DNA from: Nitrospirota bacterium
GTDB lineage: Bacteria > Nitrospirota > Thermodesulfovibrionia > Thermodesulfovibrionales > JdFR-85
DNA length: 64,000 nt
Assembly (NCBI GenBank): GCA_015492645.1
Contig: WGER01000029.1
Location: 3,621 to 67,620, forward strand
Direction of reading: 5' to 3'
Both the position numbers and the translations under genes were made by a program. The notes beneath the pieces were generated by a model, which did no database searches, had not been told where the DNA came from, and was given only the letters and a program-made list of their open reading frames with translations. Below, in pieces: positions 1 through 9,589 of this stretch; within the stretch, counting starts at the first letter, position 1; each line of letters starts with the position of its first letter.

Positions 1-44
1 CTTCGGTTTAAAGAGGAAATTCTAAAAGGGCTTGCATCATCTCC

Positions 45-2612
45 ATGAAGGTCTATCTCATTGATGGAAATTCATACATTTACAGGGCCTTCCATGCAAT
101 AAAGGGGCTCAGCACGAGCAGGGGGATGCCCACCAATGCGGTCTTTGGTTTTGTGAAGATGCTCCTGAAGATCATACAGCAGAAGAGGCCTGATGCAGTG
201 GTGGTCGCCTTTGACTCACCTGCACCAACCAAAAGACACAGGATATACAGTGAATACAAGGCCCAGAGACCTGAGACACCACATCCCCTTCTTATACAGA
301 TACCCTATATAAGACGAATTGTGGATGCCCTCAGGATAAAGACATACGAGGTCCAGGGCTACGAGGCCGATGATGTACTGGCTGCACTCGCCATGGCAGC
401 AGCGAGAAAGGGCCTTCAGGTCTACATTGTGACTGCTGATAAGGATATGCTACAGATGGTGAATAAAAATATAAAGATATACGACCCTGTAAAGGACAGG
501 GTGATCGATAGGGACTATGTGGTAAAGAATCTCGGTGTACCGCCGGAGAGGATACCAGAGATGATGGCCCTGACAGGTGACAGTATAGATAACATCCCTG
601 GAGTGAAGGGCATTGGTGAGAAGACGGCCCGGATGCTGCTTTCAGAGCATAAACTCCAGGAACTGATTGAAGATCCCTCCCTTGTCCAGAATGAGAGGTT
701 GAGAAAGGCACTCATCCAACAAAGACAGAATATCCTCATGAGTCTTGAGTTGGCAAGGCTTGACCCTGCACTTGAGATCGACTTCTCCTGCGAAGAGGCG
801 CGTCTGAAGGAGCCTGACTGGCAGGAACTGCTCAGGCTATTCAGGGAACTGGAGTTCTGGAGCCTGATGAAGATGGTCCCGACCAAGGAGATACACAGGG
901 AGGTGATACTCTGGCGAGGGGATGAAATGGTGTTTGAACACTGCAGTGGCACAGTGGGGTTGAGGTACTATCCTGGTAAGGGTCTACCAGAGGGGGTGGC
1001 CCTACTCTGTCAGGGCACCCTCTATTATCTGCCCTTCGGGCATATAACACCAGGAGACGATATAAAGACACATATCAGGAGGATACTTTCAGACAGGAAT
1101 AACATCCTCTTTGGACATAACCTGAAGGAATCTCTCAGACCATTGCTCACTGAGGCACCGGTAGAGGCCGTGATGCAGGATGTAATGATAGCCTCATGGC
1201 TCCTGAACCCCAACAGGGCAGACCATGGACTCCAGGAACTCGCCTTAGAGCATATGACAATCAGGATACCGACCGTTTCAGATCTAAAAGGCAGAGACTC
1301 GGAGGGGTTAAAGGCCCTTGTAGGCACAGAGATGACGGTTATTGAGGACCTGAGAGAGGAACTCTTCAGGATGCTCAGGAAGGAGGGGATGATTGAACTC
1401 TACGAGCATATAGAGATGCCCCTCATAGAGGTCCTTGCTCATATGGAGAGGAGAGGCATAAAGGTGGACATCAAGGCACTCCAGGATCTATCTGCGAGGC
1501 TTTCAGACCTCATCACAGAGATACAGGAGAGGATATATACCCTTGCAGGTAAGAGATTCAATCTGAACTCACCCAAGCAACTCTCGGAGGTCCTCTTCAA
1601 GGACCTCGGACTGAAGCCAAAGAAGAGGACCAAGACCGGTTTCTCTACAGAGATGGCGGTCCTGCAGACTCTGGCTGAGGAGCATGAGGTCCCCAGAGAG
1701 ATCCTCCGCTGGAGGAGTTTGAGCAAGTTAAAGAGCACCTATGTGGACGCCCTTCAGAGGATGGTTGATCCGTTGAGCCAGAGAGTCCATACCACATTCA
1801 ATCAGACCGCCACCTCCACAGGCCGGCTCAGCAGCAGTGAACCAAATCTGCAGAACATACCGGTGAAGGGTGATTGGGGGGACGCCATGAGGAGGGTATT
1901 TATTGCTGAGGATGGATATGTACTTCTGAGTGCAGACTACTCCCAGATTGAACTCAGGATACTCGCCCATCTGAGTGGAGATGAGGGGTTGATACGGGCA
2001 TTCCTTGAGGATAGGGACATACATCGGGAAACGGCCCTCCAGATCTTCTCAGTGCAGGAGAATGAACTCAATGAGGATATGAGAAGGATTGCAAAGACGG
2101 TCAATTTCGGGATCGCCTACGGGATCTCCGCCTTTGGTCTGTCTGAGGCTACAGGCACCAGTATTGAAGAAGCCCAGATGTTTATTGACAGATACTTTGA
2201 GACCTTCCCCGGAGTAAAGAGATACGCTGAAGGGATAGTACAGGAGGCAAAGCGGCTCGGGTATGTGAAAACACTCTTTGGCAGAAAGAGGCAGATACCT
2301 GAACTCTTTTCATCCTCTCAGACTGAAAGGGCACTCGGGGAGAGGATAGCAATCAACACACCTGTACAGGGGACTGCTGCTGACATAATAAAGATGGCCA
2401 TGATCTCTATTCACAGGAGGCTCATGAGAGAGAACCTCAGGGCGAAACTACTTCTACAGGTCCATGATGAACTCCTCTTAGAGGTGCCTGAGGATGAAAT
2501 CGAGGAGGTAGAAAAGATGGTTAAGGAGGAGATGGAGTCCACTGTCAGGTTAAGGGTGCCTCTGAAGGTGGAGACAGGGATTGGCACCAACTGGGCCGAG
2601 GCCCATCCATGA
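45..2612 (+). CDS. polA: DNA polymerase I
   Basis: 5'-3' exonuclease N-terminus (LIDGNSYIYRAFHA, GYEADD, GDSIDNIPGVKGIGEKTA) and polymerase motifs ADYSQIELR, KTVNFGIAYG, LQVHDELL; the 3'-5' exonuclease region looks degenerate. Confidence 0.98.
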   Translation: MKVYLIDGNSYIYRAFHAIKGLSTSRGMPTNAVFGFVKMLLKIIQQKRPDAVVVAFDSPAPTKRHRIYSEYKAQRPETPHPLLIQIPYIRRIVDALRIKTYEVQGYEADDVLAALAMAAARKGLQVYIVTADKDMLQMVNKNIKIYDPVKDRVIDRDYVVKNLGVPPERIPEMMALTGDSIDNIPGVKGIGEKTARMLLSEHKLQELIEDPSLVQNERLRKALIQQRQNILMSLELARLDPALEIDFSCEEARLKEPDWQELLRLFRELEFWSLMKMVPTKEIHREVILWRGDEMVFEHCSGTVGLRYYPGKGLPEGVALLCQGTLYYLPFGHITPGDDIKTHIRRILSDRNNILFGHNLKESLRPLLTEAPVEAVMQDVMIASWLLNPNRADHGLQELALEHMTIRIPTVSDLKGRDSEGLKALVGTEMTVIEDLREELFRMLRKEGMIELYEHIEMPLIEVLAHMERRGIKVDIKALQDLSARLSDLITEIQERIYTLAGKRFNLNSPKQLSEVLFKDLGLKPKKRTKTGFSTEMAVLQTLAEEHEVPREILRWRSLSKLKSTYVDALQRMVDPLSQRVHTTFNQTATSTGRLSSSEPNLQNIPVKGDWGDAMRRVFIAEDGYVLLSADYSQIELRILAHLSGDEGLIRAFLEDRDIHRETALQIFSVQENELNEDMRRIAKTVNFGIAYGISAFGLSEATGTSIEEAQMFIDRYFETFPGVKRYAEGIVQEAKRLGYVKTLFGRKRQIPELFSSSQTERALGERIAINTPVQGTAADIIKMAMISIHRRLMRENLRAKLLLQVHDELLLEVPEDEIEEVEKMVKEEMESTVRLRVPLKVETGIGTNWAEAHP

Positions 2613-2644
2613 ACGGATTTCAGGTGACAGAGGACCTCACTCCC

Positions 2645-3565
2645 TCAAGAGAACCTCTGCCCCTCATTAATTCCCCTGCCTGCACCCTGCAGAAATTCCT
2701 TCACTGTCATCACCCTCTTGCCCTCGACCTGTAGCACCAGGATGCTTAATAGCCCATCTGAGGTCCCGACAAGCAGTTCTGTCTTGGTCCTCTTCACAAC
2801 CACCCCTGGAGGGCCTTCGCCTTCAACCACATCAGCCCTCAGGATCTTGAGCATTCTGCCGTCAAGGAAGGTATAGGCAGATGGCCAGGGGTACAGCCCC
2901 CTCACCAGGTTTCTTATCTGTACTGCAGGTATGTTCCAGTTTATATGTCCGTCAGACTTCCTGATCGGAGGGGCGTAGGATGGCTCCCCTACCTGTGGAT
3001 GGGGAGTAATCCTCCCGGACCTGAGCCCTTTCAATGTCTCGACCATCAGTTCTGCCCCCTCTATGGAGAGCCTCTGTGAGAGGCTGAGAGCATCGTCGTC
3101 TTCCTGAATTGGTACCCTCTTCTGCAGGAGTATATCTCCTGTATCGAGACCCTCATCCATCAGCATCGTGGTTACACCTGTCTCTTTCTCTCCTCTTATA
3201 ATCGCCCATTGTATGGGGGCTGCGCCTCTGTACTTTGGAAGCAGGGAGGCGTGGAGGTTGATAAAGGTGGTTACCTCCAGCAACTCAGGGGGTATTATCT
3301 TCCCATAGGCGACAACAATTGCGAACTCGGGGTTTATCTCTCTTATAACCTGGAGGACCGCCCCATTCCTTAGCCTTTCGGGTTGCAGGACCCTCAACCC
3401 CATCCCCATGGCCCATTCTTTGACTGGAGGCTGCTTGAGTGTATGACCTCTCCCTGAGGGCCTATCAGGTTGTGTAACCACAAGGGCTATTTCCTCCCCC
3501 TCCTGATAGAGCCGCTGGAATGTGGGAAGGGCAAACTCAGGGGTCCCGAAGAGTACGATCGGCAT
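2645..3565 (-). CDS. fmt: Methionyl-tRNA formyltransferase
   Basis: FGTPEFA, VVTQPDRP, INLHASLLPKYRGAAPI, MDEGLDTGD; directly downstream of def. Confidence 0.97.
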   Translation of the reverse strand: MPIVLFGTPEFALPTFQRLYQEGEEIALVVTQPDRPSGRGHTLKQPPVKEWAMGMGLRVLQPERLRNGAVLQVIREINPEFAIVVAYGKIIPPELLEVTTFINLHASLLPKYRGAAPIQWAIIRGEKETGVTTMLMDEGLDTGDILLQKRVPIQEDDDALSLSQRLSIEGAELMVETLKGLRSGRITPHPQVGEPSYAPPIRKSDGHINWNIPAVQIRNLVRGLYPWPSAYTFLDGRMLKILRADVVEGEGPPGVVVKRTKTELLVGTSDGLLSILVLQVEGKRVMTVKEFLQGAGRGINEGQRFS

Positions 3566-3573
3566 CCTGACGG

Positions 3574-4074
3574 TCAGACCCTTGTCTTCCTCAGATATCT
3601 CTTCTTAAAAAACTCCCTCTTAATCGGGCTCATCCTGTCAATGAATAGTATCCCGTTAAGGTGATCGATCTCGTGCTGTAATGCCCTGGCAAGCAGTCCC
3701 GCGGCCTCTATCTCCACAGGCCTGCCCTCTCTGTCGAGCCCCCTGACGAAGACCCTTTCTGACCTCCTTATGGTGGTTACATAGCCAGGGATGCTCAGAC
3801 AACCCTCTTCAGAGTCGATCTTGCCTTCGGCATCTATTATCTCTGGATTCAGGAGCACTATAAGGGGATGGTCCTCCTTATGGCTCACATCCACCACAAT
3901 CAGTCTCTTTGAGACTCCGACCTGTGGAGCCGCAAGGCCGATCCCGGGGGCGTCATGCATGGTCTCTATCATGTCCTCTATGAGATGCTGGAGATTTCCA
4001 TTGATCTCCTCTACTGGAAGGGCCTTCCTCCTCAGGACCGGATCAGGGAATTTCCTTATCTGAAGTACAGCCAT
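3574..4074 (-). CDS. def: Peptide deformylase
   Basis: GIGLAAPQVG, EEGCLS and QHEIDHLNG motifs; start set at ATG 4074 (MAVLQIRK), ORF track gives 4089. Confidence 0.97.
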   Translation of the reverse strand: MAVLQIRKFPDPVLRRKALPVEEINGNLQHLIEDMIETMHDAPGIGLAAPQVGVSKRLIVVDVSHKEDHPLIVLLNPEIIDAEGKIDSEEGCLSIPGYVTTIRRSERVFVRGLDREGRPVEIEAAGLLARALQHEIDHLNGILFIDRMSPIKREFFKKRYLRKTRV

Positions 4075-4211
4075 AAAAAACATTAACATATCCTGATAAT
4101 ATGAGTCAAAGACAGTGTGTTAGACCTGAATTTGCCGGGGAAATATCGTTGATCTTTTTGGAGTTCAGTGAATTATTATAGTAATAATAATATTGAACAA
4201 AGGAGGGCAGT

Positions 4212-4685
4212 ATGAGGGTGTATCTTGTCCAGCACGGGATACCTGAACCAGAAGAGGTTAATCCTCAAAGACCCCTGTCAAAGGAGGGTAGAGAAGAGGT
4301 GAAATCAGTGGCTGAGTTCCTGAGGAGGGCTGGTATAAACGTCTCGGTGGTGATGCACAGTGGAAAACTGAGGGCAAAGGAGACGGCGATGATATTCGCT
4401 GATAGACTACAGGTTGAAGAGGTCCATGAGACGGATGGCCTCAAACCACTTGATGAACCTTCAATATGGGCAGAAAGGCTCAAGGACATCCAGAGGGACA
4501 CCATGCTCGTAGGGCATCTTCCCCATCTGGAGAAACTGGCATCGCTCTTAATTGTGGGGGCCCCTGACAGAAGAATTGTGGCCTTCAGACAGGGTGGTGT
4601 GGTCTGTATCGAGAAGGACGGAGATGGCTGGGCAGTGAGGTGGGCCGTGATACCGGAGATTGTAAAAGAATTCTCTGAAATTTGA
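4212..4685 (+). CDS. sixA: Phosphohistidine phosphatase SixA family
   Basis: YLVQHG (RHG variant), RPLS.EG, HSGKLRAKETA, LVGHLP; SD AGGAGG upstream. Confidence 0.85.
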   Translation: MRVYLVQHGIPEPEEVNPQRPLSKEGREEVKSVAEFLRRAGINVSVVMHSGKLRAKETAMIFADRLQVEEVHETDGLKPLDEPSIWAERLKDIQRDTMLVGHLPHLEKLASLLIVGAPDRRIVAFRQGGVVCIEKDGDGWAVRWAVIPEIVKEFSEI

Positions 4686-4722
4686 CATTTATTGAATAAA
4701 ATAGTAAAATAGTTCTTGAACT
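4682..4722 (+). promoter_or_regulatory. Sigma70 promoter with adjacent palindromic operator upstream of the ArsR gene
   Basis: TTGACA (4682-4687), 17 nt spacer, TAAAAT (4705-4710), then palindrome AGTTC-TT-GAACT (4711-4722). Confidence 0.7.
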
Positions 4723-4723
4723 T

Positions 4724-5056
4724 ATGAATGAGAAGATAGACAAGAAGATATTCGAACTACAGGCTGATGTCTGTAAGACCCTGACCAATCCGAAGAGGCT
4801 GGAGATTATTCATGCATTAAAGAATGGAGAGAAGAGTGTTACTGAATTGGTCAACATCCTTGGTATACCAAAGGCGAATGTCTCCCAACACCTGGGGGTA
4901 TTAAGAAACAAGGGTATATTAAAGGCAAGAAGAGAAGGGGTAAATATATACTACAGGATATCCAACCCCAAGGTGATAGACGCCTGTACCCTGATGAGGG
5001 AGGTACTGCTGGAGCAGATCAGGGAGAGGAATGCGATATTAACCAACAGTGATTAA
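4724..5056 (+). CDS. ArsR/SmtB family transcriptional regulator
   Basis: [40 protein letters not shown] winged-HTH pattern. Confidence 0.92.
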   Translation: MNEKIDKKIFELQADVCKTLTNPKRLEIIHALKNGEKSVTELVNILGIPKANVSQHLGVLRNKGILKARREGVNIYYRISNPKVIDACTLMREVLLEQIRERNAILTNSD

Positions 5057-7024
5057 CTGTTCCTTCAATTTCTTTATCTTGTCCCTGATCTCTGCAGCCC
5101 TTTCAAATTCGAGATTCTGTGCAGCCCTCTTCATTTCTTCCTCTAACTCCCTGATCGCCTCTTCATCCACTCTGTAGGGTTCAACAGGCTCTTCCACAAC
5201 AGGTACAGTCCAGTAGTCTGCCTCGTATATGGAAGAGAGTATGTCCTTTATCCTGCTCTTTACTGTTTCAGGTGTAATACCCATCTTCCTGTTGTACTCC
5301 ATCTGTATCTTTCTCCTTCTTTCTGTCTCCTCTATAGCCCTCTTCATAGAGCCTGTAATGGTGTCAGCATAAAGGATCACCTCACCGTTTACATTTCTGG
5401 CTGCCCTGCCTGCAATCTGGATGAGTGACCTCTCTGAACGGAGGAACCCTTCCTTGTCTGCGTCAAGCACAGCCACCAGGGAGACCTCTGGCAGGTCAAG
5501 CCCTTCCCTCAGAAGATTCACGCCTATCAGGACATCAAACTTGCCGAGACGGAGGTCCCTGATGATCTCCACCCTTTCAAGGGTATCTATATCGGAATGG
5601 AGATACCTTGCCCTGATCCCGAGTTCAGAATAATAGTCCGTGAGATCCTCTGCCATCTTCTTGGTGAGGGCCGTTACAAGTACCCTTTCACCGCGTTCTA
5701 CCCGCTTCCTTATCTCTCCCAGGAGGTCATCCACCTGTCCCTTTGCAGGTTTCACAGTGATCCTGGGGTCAACAAGACCAGTGGGCCGGATTATCTGTTC
5801 AACCACCCTTCCACCTGACTTCTCCAGTTCGTAGGGGCCGGGGGTGGCTGAGACATAGATTACCTGATTTACCCTGTGTTCAAACTCTTCAAACTTCAGG
5901 GGTCGATTATCCAGGGCAGAGGGGAGCCTGAAACCATACTCAACCAGTGTCTCCTTTCTTGATCTATCACCCTCGTACATCCCCCTCAACTGAGGGATGG
6001 TTACATGGGATTCGTCTATCACCAAGAGATAGTCATCAGGGAAGTAGTCCAGGAGAGTGAAGGGTGGCTCACCAGGTGCCCTTCCGCTGAGGTGTCTTGA
6101 ATAGTTCTCTATACCATGACAGTATCCGAACTCCCTCAACATCTCCATGTCAAACCGCGTCCTCTGTTCAATCCGCTGTGCCTCCAGATAACGGCCCTGC
6201 TTCATGAAGTACTGGACCCTCTCCTCGAGTTCCTCTTCTATTGCCCTGAGTGCCCTCTCAAGGCGGTCTCTTGGTGTAATCCAGTGACTGTTTGGATATA
6301 TGGCTATCTTTTGGAGCCTCCTCAGTCTCTCTCCCGTGAGTGGATCAAATTCATCTATCCTGTCTATCTCGTTACCGAAGAACTCTATCCTGATCCCCCT
6401 GTCGAGAGAGAAAGAGGGGTATACCTCTATCACATCACCCCGCACCCTCATCTTTCCCCTTCTGAACTCCCCCTCTGTTCTTTCATAGAGCATCTCAGCG
6501 AGTTTCCTCAGGATGGCATCCCTGTCTGTCCTCATACCCTCCTCTACTATGAGGTGCATCGCCATGTAGTCATCAGGGGAGCCTATTCCATAGATACATG
6601 AGACAGAGGCGACCACTATGGTATCTCTCCTTTCAAGCACAGCCCTTGTTGCAGAGTGTCTCATCCTGTCTATATCATCATTAATAAGGGCATCCTTTTC
6701 TATATAGGTATCTGTCTCGGGGATGTATGCCTCAGGCTGGTAGTAATCATAGTAACTGACGAAGAACTCAACTGCATTGTCAGGAAAGAGGGCCTTGAAC
6801 TCGCCATACAGTTGTGCAGCAAGTGTTTTGTTGTGGGCTATCACAAGGGTGGGCCTCTGTACATTTGCTATTATATTGGCAATGGTGAAGGTCTTGCCAG
6901 AGCCTGTCACGCCAAGGAGCACCTGGTGCTTCAGGCCCTTAAGTACACCCTCTGTCAATTCCCTGATCGCCTTCGGCTGGTCCCCCTTTGGTGTAAACTC
7001 TGATCTAAGAATAAACCTGTCCAT
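5039..7024 (-). CDS. uvrB: Excinuclease ABC subunit B
   Basis: [37 protein letters not shown]-terminal UVR domain. Confidence 0.98.
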   Translation of the reverse strand: MDRFILRSEFTPKGDQPKAIRELTEGVLKGLKHQVLLGVTGSGKTFTIANIIANVQRPTLVIAHNKTLAAQLYGEFKALFPDNAVEFFVSYYDYYQPEAYIPETDTYIEKDALINDDIDRMRHSATRAVLERRDTIVVASVSCIYGIGSPDDYMAMHLIVEEGMRTDRDAILRKLAEMLYERTEGEFRRGKMRVRGDVIEVYPSFSLDRGIRIEFFGNEIDRIDEFDPLTGERLRRLQKIAIYPNSHWITPRDRLERALRAIEEELEERVQYFMKQGRYLEAQRIEQRTRFDMEMLREFGYCHGIENYSRHLSGRAPGEPPFTLLDYFPDDYLLVIDESHVTIPQLRGMYEGDRSRKETLVEYGFRLPSALDNRPLKFEEFEHRVNQVIYVSATPGPYELEKSGGRVVEQIIRPTGLVDPRITVKPAKGQVDDLLGEIRKRVERGERVLVTALTKKMAEDLTDYYSELGIRARYLHSDIDTLERVEIIRDLRLGKFDVLIGVNLLREGLDLPEVSLVAVLDADKEGFLRSERSLIQIAGRAARNVNGEVILYADTITGSMKRAIEETERRRKIQMEYNRKMGITPETVKSRIKDILSSIYEADYWTVPVVEEPVEPYRVDEEAIRELEEEMKRAAQNLEFERAAEIRDKIKKLKEQLITVG

Positions 7025-7086
7025 ACTATTATTATAACCCCTGGCCAGAGAATGAATCTTTTATTCCTATGTGGTATAATTAAGCC

Positions 7087-8157
7087 ATGCGGAGAGGGGA
7101 ATATTCTGTGGTAATTGTAGACGATGAGGAGGTGGTGAGAGATGTACTTGGTGATCTCCTGAGGGATGAGGGGTATGAGGTATATGAGTTCGGGAGGGCA
7201 GAGGATGCCCTGGAATTTATAAAAAACAGAGAAGTCTGCCTCATTATAACTGACATCGTGATGCCAGAGATGGATGGACTCACCCTCCTGAAGAAGGTGC
7301 ACCAGGAGATCAATCCCCAGTTACCAGTGATAGTGATCACCGCCTATCCTGACCTCCAGAGGGCAATTGATGCCCTGAGAGAAGGGGCGTCAGACTTCAT
7401 CATAAAGCCCTTCAAGTCTGACCAGATACTGCATGCTGTCAGAAGGGCGATCACCTACTACGATCTGATACAACTGCAACTCGCCTACGAGGAGCACCTC
7501 GAGAGGACAGTGATGGAGAGAACAAGAGAACTGGAAAAGGCGCTGACATTACTGAGGGAGGCGAGCAATGAGATAACCACCAGGCTGGTAAGTGCCGCAG
7601 AGTACAGAGATGAAGACACTGCAGAACATATTAAGAGGATAAGCGCCTATTGTCAGAGGATAGCAGAGGCCCTTGGCATGTCCAAGGAATTTATAGAGGA
7701 TATAGGTCTTGCCTCCCAGATGCACGATGTGGGAAAGATAGGCATTCCTGACCAGATATTGCTGAAGCCAGGACCCCTCACAAGGGAGGAATTTGAGATC
7801 GCCAAGACCCATACCCTGATAGGATACGATATACTGAAGGATTCTAAGTTTCCTGTGCTCCAGATGGCAGCAAGGATCGCCCTCACCCACCATGAGAAAT
7901 GGGATGGGAGCGGTTATCCTAAGGGATTAAAGGCCGAGGAGATACCGATTGAGGGCAGGATCGTGATCATGGCAGACCAGTATGATGCCCTCAGGTCAAA
8001 GAGGCCCTATAAGGGGCCCCTCAGCCACCAAGATGTCTTCAGGGTAATCACCGAGGGCGATGGCAGGACAATGCCCTATCATTTTGATCCCCAGATACTC
8101 TCTCTCTTCAAGAAGATACACAGGGATTTTGATAGCATATACAATGAGTATCGGTAG
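7087..8157 (+). CDS. Response regulator with HD-GYP c-di-GMP phosphodiesterase domain
   Basis: REC domain ([17 protein letters not shown]) plus HDVGKIGIP and [11 protein letters not shown]. Confidence 0.93.
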   Translation: MRRGEYSVVIVDDEEVVRDVLGDLLRDEGYEVYEFGRAEDALEFIKNREVCLIITDIVMPEMDGLTLLKKVHQEINPQLPVIVITAYPDLQRAIDALREGASDFIIKPFKSDQILHAVRRAITYYDLIQLQLAYEEHLERTVMERTRELEKALTLLREASNEITTRLVSAAEYRDEDTAEHIKRISAYCQRIAEALGMSKEFIEDIGLASQMHDVGKIGIPDQILLKPGPLTREEFEIAKTHTLIGYDILKDSKFPVLQMAARIALTHHEKWDGSGYPKGLKAEEIPIEGRIVIMADQYDALRSKRPYKGPLSHQDVFRVITEGDGRTMPYHFDPQILSLFKKIHRDFDSIYNEYR

Positions 8158-8815
8158 GAAGGGCTATCTCGGTGGCACATTCAACCCCATCCACTACGGC
8201 CATCTCAGGATGGCTGAGGAGGTTCGGGAGGCCCTGAAATTAGAGAAGGTGGTGTTTATTCCTGCACCTGTACCTCCACTGAAAGACAGAGATATCGCCC
8301 CTCCAGAACTGCGGCTTCAGATGGTCAGGCTGGCGGTAGAGGGGAACCCCTTTTTTGAGGTATCAGACCTGGAGTACCAGAGGACCGGTAAGTCCTATAC
8401 TGTGGATACGATGAGGTTACTGAGACAGATGGAGCCTGAGGTGGAACCTGTCTTTATCCTTGGACTGGATGCCTTTTTAGAGTTACCACAATGGCACAGA
8501 CCTGAGGAGTTGATCAGCCTGTGTGACTTCGCTGTGGTCAGGAGGGCTCAGGCTGGTAAGGAGGCCCTGTTTGACTCGCCTTTTCTGAGCAGTTCAGAAC
8601 CGATTGAGGTTACCAGGGACTACGAGGTCTATCCCCTCCACGGTGAAAGGAGACTCTACTGGGTGAACTGCAGGGTCCTGCAGATATCCGCCTCTGACAT
8701 CCGAAAGAGATTGAGGGAGGGCAGGAGTATTAAATACCTGTTGCCTGAATCTGTTGAATCTTTTATAATTAGACAGGAGGTATATCTGAATAACGAAAGG
8801 GGTGGTCGATCGTAG
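8144..8815 (+). CDS. nadD: Nicotinate-nucleotide adenylyltransferase
   Basis: [24 protein letters not shown]; ATG 8144 chosen over the ORF-track start at 8060. Confidence 0.95.
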   Translation: MSIGRKGYLGGTFNPIHYGHLRMAEEVREALKLEKVVFIPAPVPPLKDRDIAPPELRLQMVRLAVEGNPFFEVSDLEYQRTGKSYTVDTMRLLRQMEPEVEPVFILGLDAFLELPQWHRPEELISLCDFAVVRRAQAGKEALFDSPFLSSSEPIEVTRDYEVYPLHGERRLYWVNCRVLQISASDIRKRLREGRSIKYLLPESVESFIIRQEVYLNNERGGRS

Positions 8816-9186
8816 AAAGTCTTCAAAAGGCTAAACTGATAGCAAGGGCGGCCTCTGAGAAGAAGGCCCTGGACATACAGATCCTTGAGATAAAGAACCT
8901 TACTATAATTGCAGACTATTTTGTCATCTGTTCCGGTGAGACCCTTCCCCAGGTGAGGGCAATAACAGACAATATCGAAATGCAGATGGACAGAAGAGGA
9001 ATTACCCCCCACAGGATAGAGGGTTATACTCTGGGGCAATGGGTGTTAATGGATTATGGAGATGTGATCGTTCATGTCTTTGATGAAGAAAAGAGGAGAT
9101 ACTATGACCTTGAAAGGCTATGGATAGATGCACCAAGGGTAGGTGTTGAGGAAGAGGTTCAGGATAATATGGGTGGGAAAGACTAA
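8809..9186 (+). CDS. rsfS: Ribosome silencing factor RsfS, probable non-canonical ATC start
   Basis: Frame reads ...EKKALDIQILE...IADYFVICSG...QVRAI...WVLMDYGDVIVHVF...RRYYDLERLW; lies between nadD and rlmH; no ATG/GTG/TTG in frame before 8953. Confidence 0.9.
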   Translation: MVESLQKAKLIARAASEKKALDIQILEIKNLTIIADYFVICSGETLPQVRAITDNIEMQMDRRGITPHRIEGYTLGQWVLMDYGDVIVHVFDEEKRRYYDLERLWIDAPRVGVEEEVQDNMGGKD

Positions 9187-9589
9187 GGAGCCCTTTGTGC
9201 AGGAGGGTATAGAGAAATACCTCAAACTCCTTTCACCTCTTGCAGAGGTGGAGATAAAGACGATAAAAGAGGAGAGGGGGAAGGGGGTCAAGGAGGCATT
9301 GAGGAGAGAGGGAAAGAGGATCTGTGAGATGAGCGAAGAGTATATTCTCCTGGATGAGAAGGGGAGGATGATGAACACAATGGAATTTGCAGGATTCATC
9401 TCAGACAGAAGGGATATGGATTTTGTTCTGGGAGGTCCCTATGGGGTGGACGAAACCGTAAGGCAGAAGGCCTCCCTCATACTGTCTCTGTCACCCATGA
9501 CCTTCCCGCATGACCTTGTGAGACTCCTGCTCCTTGAGCAACTCTACAGGGCGGTTACAATACTGAGTGGAAGGAGGTATCACCACTGA
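9143..9589 (+). CDS. rlmH: 23S rRNA pseudouridine-1915 N3-methyltransferase
   Basis: WVGK, LLDEKG, FVLGGPYG, LSPMTFPHDLVRLLLLEQLYRA, C-terminal YHH. Confidence 0.96.
   Translation: MLRKRFRIIWVGKTKEPFVQEGIEKYLKLLSPLAEVEIKTIKEERGKGVKEALRREGKRICEMSEEYILLDEKGRMMNTMEFAGFISDRRDMDFVLGGPYGVDETVRQKASLILSLSPMTFPHDLVRLLLLEQLYRAVTILSGRRYHH

Noticed and set aside
4121-4140. TAGACCTGAATTTGCCGGGG as another copy of the TIR motif
   Set aside because: Similarity is too short and there is no partner end
8790-8815. Programmed -1 frameshift fusing nadD to rsfS
   Set aside because: No X-XXY-YYZ slippery heptamer in the nadD frame; an SD plus ATC start is simpler
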